A DNA stretch of 38,658 nucleotides, taken from the IMG/VR virus record IMGVR_UViG_3300005076_000009; one strand, given 5' to 3'. The stretch is from a virus. A program made the translations under genes and the position numbers. Shown one piece after another: positions 32,860-38,658 of the stretch; the stretch's first letter is position 1, and the number at the start of each line of letters is the position of its first letter. A model generated the notes under the pieces. That model had not been told where the DNA came from, did no database searches, and saw only the letters and a program-made list of their open reading frames with translations.

Positions 32860-33419
32860 GATCGCGCCTCGCCGTGGCGTAGCCATTGGAAATAATGCTC
32901 CGCGCCATCGTACTCAGTGCCATGCGGGTAAGTTACGCTGCATCCACTTTGGCTGCTAGTAATGCGCACCGCGTTTTCGTTGTTTTCTGTTACGGTGCAA
33001 TTCTCGTACTGCATGAAACTTGCTGTGCTGGCGCAGGTGCGCACCACCACATCCCCCACCTGCCAGTTAGCTGGGTCGGTCATGTCGATAACGTCGGGCG
33101 CGGGCTGCGTGTTTTCGTTGGAGTTCTTAGGCGGCTGGACATTTTCCCATCTGTTAAACATTGCGATTCGTTCCGGCGTCCAGTATTGACTGTCCTGTGG
33201 AGCAAACAAGCTGTTGCTTGGCACCGGCAATTCCAACTCCTGCACTCCCTCCAGCATCTTGCGCTCCATCGTCAGCAGTGCGTCTAGGTGATTCTCCAGC
33301 GCCATAATCATCGGCACATGGCATCCTTCGCCAGCATGGCGGGCAATTTGCGATACGGTTCGCGCAATGGCGCGGTTAAGTGCTTTCATTTGCAACTCCT
33401 CGCTGTTGATGAAGTGCAT
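32856..33419 (-). CDS. Hypothetical protein (187 aa; alternative start 33389)
   Basis: TAATG coupling to rusA. The alternative ATG at 33389 has GAGGAG upstream. Confidence 0.55.
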   Translation of the reverse strand: MHFINSEELQMKALNRAIARTVSQIARHAGEGCHVPMIMALENHLDALLTMERKMLEGVQELELPVPSNSLFAPQDSQYWTPERIAMFNRWENVQPPKNSNENTQPAPDVIDMTDPANWQVGDVVVRTCASTASFMQYENCTVTENNENAVRITSSQSGCSVTYPHGTEYDGAEHYFQWLRHGEARS

Positions 33420-33826
33420 TATCTACCATAAGTTGACGGCTTGCAAGCACTATCTGCATGCCGATGAACCGATATGCTCAAGCCGCCACACTCTAGAGGC
33501 TCGCCGTAATCCAGCCGGATAGATCGAACCTGCTTGTCGTTTTCGTAGGCGACACCCTGTAGCGCATCAAGCGCCACCTTCAAGCAGTTATCCAGGTCGA
33601 TCACCGTCTTGGATGCTTCGCCCTTCTTTGTCATCTTCGGATGAAGCACGACGACTAGCGCCACTGTTTCCGCCGTCGGGATGACGCCGTGTGCTAGTGC
33701 TGTTTTTTTGACGTGCGCCTTGTACGCCGTTGCGTCAGCCGATGGCACGGCGCGGCCACGGAATAGCCGCCAGTACCGATTCGCCGATGGTGGGTAGTCC
33801 AGGTTTAGCTTTGAGATCATTTCCAT
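33419..33826 (-). CDS. rusA: RusA-family Holliday junction resolvase
   Basis: YPPSANRYW...DLDNCLKVALDALQGVAYENDKQV motifs, with GAGG 6 nt before ATG 33826. The track extension to 33997 merely translates the iterons. Confidence 0.8.
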   Translation of the reverse strand: MEMISKLNLDYPPSANRYWRLFRGRAVPSADATAYKAHVKKTALAHGVIPTAETVALVVVLHPKMTKKGEASKTVIDLDNCLKVALDALQGVAYENDKQVRSIRLDYGEPLECGGLSISVHRHADSACKPSTYGR

Positions 33827-33856
33827 TTTCTGCCTCATGAAGTTTTGGTTGGGTGC

Positions 33857-34205
33857 TGTGACAAACTTTTCCGCATGAGTTGTGACAACGTGACAACCCA
33901 GTCTAAAGACTGGGGTTTTGTCACACTTTGTCACAAGCTCATTTTTTGCCCCCTTTTGTGACAAAAATGACAAATGATTTTTGTCACAGCTTGTCACAAA
34001 TTGTCATAAACCCAATGAAATCAATGGTTTACGACGCTTTCTGATTTTTGTCACAGCTTGTCACAGCTTGTCACATTGTGACAAAACCGTTTTGTCACAA
34101 GCCCATTTTTGCCTGTGGATAAGTCTGTGGATAACCCTGTGGATAACTCTTTTGTCATACTTGTGACAAGTTGTGACAAAGTGTGACAAAACCGTTTTTG
34201 TCACA
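33857..34205. repeat. Iteron array (palindromic TTGTSACAA units), putative origin of replication
   Basis: By my count there are 16 perfect TGTCACA/TGTGACA heptamers. Triplets with 10-bp phasing start at 33982, 34049 and 34162. Two palindromes of 23-24 bp (TGTGACAAAACCGTTTTGTCACA) lie at 34077-34099 and 34182-34205. Confidence 0.75.
34114..34146. promoter_or_regulatory. Three tandem perfect DnaA boxes (TGTGGATAA = complement of TTATCCACA)
   Basis: Boxes at 34114-34122, 34126-34134 and 34138-34146, spaced 12 bp apart. Confidence 0.8.
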
Positions 34206-34226
34206 TATCGTCATAATGTATATTGA

Positions 34227-36239
34227 TTAATTTTTAAGCAGGCCGAGTGCTGTGGCCATGCTTTCATCGATCACCACATAGCCGCCCATTTGCTCGCCAA
34301 TTAGGCCCGATTGCATCAGTTCTTTCTTGGCCCTGGACAGTTCCTTCCGGCGGCTTGCATCGCTTGGGAAGTCGCTTTTCGCGAACCACCCTTGCCAGTC
34401 TCCAGCCGATAGGAACGGTGCGCCTTTGAGGAAATCGCAGCACGATTCAAGCCACGCATCCTCAAACATCCTGCGATATTTGGCGACGGTCTTGCTCTCA
34501 TTTGCGCGGCTGTGAACGGCGCTTTCTTCTTCATCGCACTTTACCGCGACGGCGGAAGTTACCTGTTCGCCGTCCTCATCGATCCAGTCAAGTTCTACGG
34601 TTTTCAGCTGCATGAACATAGGCTCTACCAGTTCCGCGTCCTTGCTCTTGCGCTGCACCAGCTCCAGCGGCATGCCCTTTTCTTTCGCCGGTATCACGCT
34701 GAACTCAATCTCCAGTGCGCCGCGCCATGCAGACGAGCCACGCGCCCGATGCTGGGCATCATCGCTGACGCCGGTGTGATGCACCAGCAGCACGGAGCAA
34801 GCAAACTCGCGCATGAGTGCGCCGCAAGCGTCAAGCATCGTCTTGGCGTCCTGTGCGCTGTTCTCATCGCCATTCAGAAAGCGGTGTAGGGTATCGACAA
34901 CGATAATTGACGGGCGGCGCGGCAGTGCCAGAATGGCTTCGCGTGCCACCCTGAAACCCTCCGGCGTGTTGAGATCGACACCGGCCTTGGATAGCCACAT
35001 ATCCAGCTTTCCGGCGTCGTTCTGTTTCTTCCATGCGGCGATGCGCGAGCGCAGACCTTGATGGCCTTCACCGGCGAGATACACGACAGCGCCAGGCGTC
35101 ACGCGCCAGCCGTGCCAGTCTGTTTTGCCAGCTGCAAGGTGCAAGCACATATCCAGCACGACAAACGTCTTGCCGCCACCAGACGGGCCGTGGACCATAA
35201 TCAGCGCCTCGCGTTGCAAATGGCGCTTAATCAGCCACGACACCGGCGCGTGCGCGGCGCAGAAGTCATCAGCGGGGATCAGCCAGTCATCCGCGCCGGT
35301 ATCGCACGGCGGATTGATAAGCGCCATCAGGTCGCCGCCGGATTGCCGGAAGTCGTTAGCATCCATGCCAACGATCGGCGGCATGACGACACGCGCCCCG
35401 ATCGCCTCTGCGGCTTTCTGCGCCTCGCGCTGTCCGGTGCCGCTTTCGTCGTTGTCGGCAATGATAATGATCTGCGCCGCCAAGCCGAAACGCTCGCGTA
35501 TGGCGCGAGACACGGCAAGCAAGTTGCCTGCGCTGAAAGATGCGAAGCACGGCTGGCCGGTCTCCTCTGCCACCGTTTTGGCGGTGGCCACGCCCTCGGC
35601 AATGTAGATTTGCGCGGCGTTCTTTGCAGATCCGGCCAGCCACATGGCGCCGCCTGCCTTGCTGCCTGGGATGAAGAACTTGGAGCCATCTCCGCCGATG
35701 AGTTGCGCCCCGACCATCTCGCCCTCAGCGTCGTACATCGGGATGATGAGCCGACCATCGCCAGCCACGCGCATGCCGTCCGCAGAAATGGCCTTCTTCA
35801 TCAGATAAGGATGGGCCTCGCTTGCCGGTGCGGCTGCTTGCCACATTTCCTCGGCGGTATCTGCTGCCGTCTGGCGCTTTTCGGCTAGCTCTCGGTCGCG
35901 TACCGCCTTTGCCTCTGCCATGCGGCGCTGGTGCTCCATTTGCTCACCAATGCTCAACTCGCGGCCAATGTCAGCCCGCCAGTTGTGCTCAATGCCGGAG
36001 CGCCAGCAGCCAAAGCGGCCTGCAGGGACTTCGCCGTCAAAGCACACGTACCAGCCTGAGTCATCCTTGCGCTTGCCGTTGGTGCTGAAGCGGTGCAGCT
36101 TGCCGTCCATGATGATGCTTTCCGGCGCATCAATGCCAGCCGATGCAATGGCGTCCATGAATTGCAGCTCCGGCGCTTGCAATACCGGCTTGCTCGGCGG
36201 CGTGAACTCGCCTCCAAATAGATAAACAACGTTAGCCAT
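34227..36239 (-). CDS. Primase/helicase (N-terminal primase region + Toprim + RepA/DnaB-like P-loop ATPase)
   Basis: Toprim motifs IAEGVATA and IIIADNDESG, Walker A HGPSGGGKT and Walker B IIVVDT in a 670-aa protein. Confidence 0.8.
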   Translation of the reverse strand: MANVVYLFGGEFTPPSKPVLQAPELQFMDAIASAGIDAPESIIMDGKLHRFSTNGKRKDDSGWYVCFDGEVPAGRFGCWRSGIEHNWRADIGRELSIGEQMEHQRRMAEAKAVRDRELAEKRQTAADTAEEMWQAAAPASEAHPYLMKKAISADGMRVAGDGRLIIPMYDAEGEMVGAQLIGGDGSKFFIPGSKAGGAMWLAGSAKNAAQIYIAEGVATAKTVAEETGQPCFASFSAGNLLAVSRAIRERFGLAAQIIIIADNDESGTGQREAQKAAEAIGARVVMPPIVGMDANDFRQSGGDLMALINPPCDTGADDWLIPADDFCAAHAPVSWLIKRHLQREALIMVHGPSGGGKTFVVLDMCLHLAAGKTDWHGWRVTPGAVVYLAGEGHQGLRSRIAAWKKQNDAGKLDMWLSKAGVDLNTPEGFRVAREAILALPRRPSIIVVDTLHRFLNGDENSAQDAKTMLDACGALMREFACSVLLVHHTGVSDDAQHRARGSSAWRGALEIEFSVIPAKEKGMPLELVQRKSKDAELVEPMFMQLKTVELDWIDEDGEQVTSAVAVKCDEEESAVHSRANESKTVAKYRRMFEDAWLESCCDFLKGAPFLSAGDWQGWFAKSDFPSDASRRKELSRAKKELMQSGLIGEQMGGYVVIDESMATALGLLKN

Positions 36240-36402
36240 TTAGATGCTCCCAAATTTTCACAACCAGGTCATAACGCGGCGAATGCGTGCCGTTGATAAT
36301 GTTGCGAATGGTGTTGACGTGTACGCCTACGGCGTCGGCTACTTCCTGCGGCTTGCGCAGCTCCAGCAACTCACGCAGCTTATCCAGATCAATGATTGTC
36401 AT
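36232..36402 (-). CDS. Cro/XRE-like HTH regulator (56 aa)
   Basis: AGGAG lies 8 nt before ATG 36402. The HTH segment is QEVADAVGVHVNTIRNIING. It overlaps the primase start by 8 nt and is below the track cutoff. Confidence 0.6.
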   Translation of the reverse strand: MTIIDLDKLRELLELRKPQEVADAVGVHVNTIRNIINGTHSPRYDLVVKIWEHLNG

Positions 36403-36441
36403 GCTTGTTGCTCCTGTCGGTAATCAATGGCTGCATTTTTT

Positions 36442-36474
36442 CACAAAAAACTGTTGCACGCCACAAAAAACTGT
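36442..36474. promoter_or_regulatory. Two direct 13-bp repeats CACAAAAAACTGT (candidate operators)
   Basis: Copies at 36442-36454 and 36462-36474, 20 bp apart, overlapping the rightward promoter. The second runs into TGTGACAA. Confidence 0.5.
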
Positions 36475-36482
36475 GACAATAT
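36454..36482 (+). promoter_or_regulatory. Rightward early promoter TTGCAC-17-(TGa)CAATAT
   Basis: -35 at 36454-36459 and an extended -10 at 36474-36482. Confidence 0.45.
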
Positions 36483-36535
36483 GAACGCACTAACCGACCG
36501 GATGGGCCGATAGGTTAGAACGATAGGAGCCAAAT

Positions 36536-37210
36536 ATGGCTATCAATTTGAAGCGTACAGGCGGCATTTCTGCTGCTGGTGTGAAGCTGCTTGTCTACGG
36601 CAACGCAGGCGTCGGCAAGACATCTCTAATGGCGACTTTGCCGGATGCGGTGATTCTCTCTGCTGAGGGTGGCCTGCTGTCCATTCAGGGCGCAGACATG
36701 CCTTTCATTGAGATCAATAGCATGGACACGCTGAAAGAGGCGTACCAGTGGCTAGCCAACTCTCAAGAGGCGGCGCAGTTCAAGTCGGTAGGCTTGGACA
36801 GCATCAGCGAGATTGCCGAGGTCGTGCTGAACCACGAGAAGAAGCTGACCAAAGATCCACGCCAAGCCTACGGCGCGATGCAGGAGCAGATGACGGACAT
36901 TATCCGCGCATTCCGCGACTTGCCTGGCCGTCACGTCTACTTTACCGCCAAGTGCGAGAAGGCAACTGACGAGCAGGGCCGCATGCTTTACGCGCCGTCC
37001 ATGCCTGGCAACAAGACGGGCCAGCAGCTGCCGTACTTCTTCGACGAAGTGCTGGCCCTGCGTGCTGAGCGTGACGCCGAAGGTAACGTACAGCGTGCAT
37101 TGATGACGCAGACCGACGGCCTCTGGCAAGCGAAAGACCGTAGCGGCAAGCTGCAAATGTGGGAGCCGGCAGACCTTGGCGCCATCATCCAAAAGATCGG
37201 CGGTGTGTGA
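36536..37210 (+). CDS. Sak4-like RecA-fold ATPase (AAA_24-type recombination protein)
   Basis: Walker A YGNAGVGKTS in a 224-aa protein, with AGGAG upstream. It sits in synteny with DUF669 and exonuclease genes. Confidence 0.7.
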   Translation: MAINLKRTGGISAAGVKLLVYGNAGVGKTSLMATLPDAVILSAEGGLLSIQGADMPFIEINSMDTLKEAYQWLANSQEAAQFKSVGLDSISEIAEVVLNHEKKLTKDPRQAYGAMQEQMTDIIRAFRDLPGRHVYFTAKCEKATDEQGRMLYAPSMPGNKTGQQLPYFFDEVLALRAERDAEGNVQRALMTQTDGLWQAKDRSGKLQMWEPADLGAIIQKIGGV

Positions 37211-37593
37211 TGGATGCCAGACTGTACGAGCAGTGGCTTGCCGCCAAGCAGGCGGAGGCTGATGCGGTTGCCGAGCGCCGCCGAGTGGAAGATGTGCTGA
37301 TTGAAAGCATGCGCATCAATACCAATACCGAAGGAACCGCCACGGCGGACGTTGACGGCTACAAGGTCAAAGTAACCGGCAGACTCAATCGAAAGATTGA
37401 TGCCGACAAGCTGCAAGAGCTAGCCGCAGAGTGCGGGCTGGACAGCAGCACGGTTTCCGCGCTATTCCGCTGGAAACCTGAATTGAACCTGTCGGCATGG
37501 AAGAATGCCGACGATGCAGTAAAGCAGGCATTTGCACCGGCCATCACGACGACACCTGGCCGTCCCTCTTTTTCTATCGAACGTAAGGAGTAA
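37210..37593 (+). CDS. Hypothetical protein (127 aa)
   Basis: TGATG coupling at 37210. Confidence 0.55.
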   Translation: MDARLYEQWLAAKQAEADAVAERRRVEDVLIESMRINTNTEGTATADVDGYKVKVTGRLNRKIDADKLQELAAECGLDSSTVSALFRWKPELNLSAWKNADDAVKQAFAPAITTTPGRPSFSIERKE

Positions 37594-37598
37594 TACAC

Positions 37599-38129
37599 AT
37601 GGCTTTTCTGGGCGAAACCTTCGACGTAAACACTCTGCCGCAATCCGAAATGGGCAACTTCGACCCGCTGCCAGCGGGTGAGTACGGCTTTACCATCAAG
37701 TCGGCGGAAGTGAAAGACACCAAAGACGGCACCGGCAAGTACATCAACTGCCAGCTGTCCATCACTGGCCCGACGCACGCAGGCCGCGTTGTGTTTGCCA
37801 AGTTCAACATCCGCAACAAATCGGCGCAAGCGGAAAGCATCGGGCGTCAGCAGCTTGGCGATATGATGCGCGCCATCGGATTGGCTGCCATGCAGGACAC
37901 TGACCAGCTTATCGGCGGCGTCGGTATCGTCAAGCTGGCCGTGCGTAATGATCCTACCTACGGTGCGCAAAACGACTGCAAAGCGTTCAAGTCCGCAGGC
38001 GCTGCGCCCGCCATGATGCAGCAGGCACCGCAGCAGCCGAGCGGCGGCAATTCGTTCTGGAATAGCGGCGCGGCCCAGCAGCAGCCGCAAGCACAGCCGC
38101 AAGCAAACCCAGCTGGCCGCCCGTGGTAA
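37599..38129 (+). CDS. DUF669-type ssDNA-binding protein
   Basis: The N-terminal OB-like region FDPLPAGEYGFTIKSAEVKDTKDGTGKY and a Q/P-rich tail support the call. AAGGAG lies upstream. Confidence 0.6.
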   Translation: MAFLGETFDVNTLPQSEMGNFDPLPAGEYGFTIKSAEVKDTKDGTGKYINCQLSITGPTHAGRVVFAKFNIRNKSAQAESIGRQQLGDMMRAIGLAAMQDTDQLIGGVGIVKLAVRNDPTYGAQNDCKAFKSAGAAPAMMQQAPQQPSGGNSFWNSGAAQQQPQAQPQANPAGRPW

Positions 38130-38151
38130 TCAACTGACAATGCAAGAAAGG

Positions 38152-38176
38152 ATGGCCGCCGCGTGCGGCCATTTTC
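38152..38176 (+). terminator. Hairpin ATGGCCGC-CGCGT-GCGGCCAT-TTTC (weak terminator/attenuator)
   Basis: An 8-bp perfect stem but a short T-run, 5 nt before the exonuclease ATG. Confidence 0.45.
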
Positions 38177-38180
38177 AACC

Positions 38181-38658
38181 ATGCAGATACCTGAACCGAT
38201 GAATAGCACGGTCAATGCCGTGTACGAAGCCATTGAGCAGCGCACCGACCAGTCGCCGCGCTCGCACTTGGGCGCAAGCCAGATTGGCCACGGCTGTGAC
38301 CGCTTCCTGTGGCTGTCTTTCCGCTGGGCGGTGCGTGAGAAATTCAGTGGCCGCATGCTGCGCCTGTTCCGCCGTGGGCAGGAGGAGGAGCAATATGTGG
38401 TGGCGGATCTTCGCGCCGCAGGCATGGACGTGGTAGAGATTGATCCCGAAACTGGCCGCCAGTTCAATTTTGGCTCAGGCCATTTCGGCGGATCGATGGA
38501 CGGCATCATCAATTCCGGCGTGCCGGAGTCGCCAAAGACGCCGCACGTGCTGGAGATCAAGACACACAGCCTGAAGTCCTTTAAAGACCTGGTGAAGCAC
38601 GGTGTAGAGCAGGCCAAGCCGATGCACTATGCGCAGATGCAGATTTACATGCACGCCA
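38181..38658 (+). CDS. Cas4-like PD-(D/E)XK exonuclease, 5' part (continues at 1..600)
   Basis: ATG 38181 opens a frame that runs to the window end and is in frame with 1..600. No clear SD is present. Confidence 0.75.
   Translation, partial: MQIPEPMNSTVNAVYEAIEQRTDQSPRSHLGASQIGHGCDRFLWLSFRWAVREKFSGRMLRLFRRGQEEEQYVVADLRAAGMDVVEIDPETGRQFNFGSGHFGGSMDGIINSGVPESPKTPHVLEIKTHSLKSFKDLVKHGVEQAKPMHYAQMQIYMHA
38568..38658. repeat. Terminal overlap, identical to 1..91
   Basis: Exact 91-nt identity with the window start. Confidence 0.95.

Noticed and set aside
33827-33997. N-terminal extension of the RusA ORF (track start 33997)
   Set aside because: The extension simply translates the TGTCACA iterons (CDK/VTT repeats). 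A GAGG-led ATG at 33826 gives a normal 135-aa RusA.
33857-34205. Possibility that the short phased repeats are a CRISPR array
   Set aside because: The units are 7-9 bp at a 10-bp spacing and occur in both orientations with no spacers. DnaA boxes lie in the middle, so the region has origin/iteron architecture and is not CRISPR.
37359-38617. Minus-strand ORFs of 247 and 219 aa antisense to the SSB and exonuclease genes
   Set aside because: They are Arg/Cys/Ser-rich shadow frames. The + strand genes carry recognisable motifs and SDs.

Overview
The window is a complete, circularly closed dsDNA tailed-phage genome with siphovirus-type architecture. Bases 1-91 are repeated exactly at 38568-38658, so the unique length is 38567 bp, and a Cas4-like exonuclease gene spans the junction.

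Two divergent transcription units leave a control region at about 36403-36535. They converge on a bidirectional terminator at about 8733-8761.

Rightward (+) unit, in order:
- Sak4-like ATPase, DUF669-type SSB, Cas4-like exonuclease and SF2 helicase.
- A self-promoted low-GC island with an IbrB/IbrA-like pair (ParB domain plus PAPS-reductase family).
- dUTPase and a block of small unknown ORFs.
- A roughly 530-nt promoter-to-terminator unit with no convincing ORF (candidate structured ncRNA).
- A small membrane protein.

Leftward (-) unit, in order:
- Cro-like HTH protein and a Toprim primase/helicase.
- An origin with TTGTSACAA iterons and three perfect DnaA boxes, then RusA.
- About 14 small early ORFs.
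- TerS, TerL and portal, then a 3-gene low-GC moron.
- Mu-F-like head morphogenesis protein, scaffold and major capsid.
- Connectors, tail tube, G/GT chaperones (-1 frameshift) and a 1556-aa tape measure.
- A single tail-tip protein, a fibre with a 7-blade PD40-like propeller, and Tfa.
- The lysis cassette.

I found no integrase, CI-type repressor, DNA polymerase, tRNA or CRISPR array. A Gram-negative (proteobacterial) host is an inference from the DnaA boxes and the endolysin type. All functional calls rest on motif and architecture recognition by eye, not on database searches.
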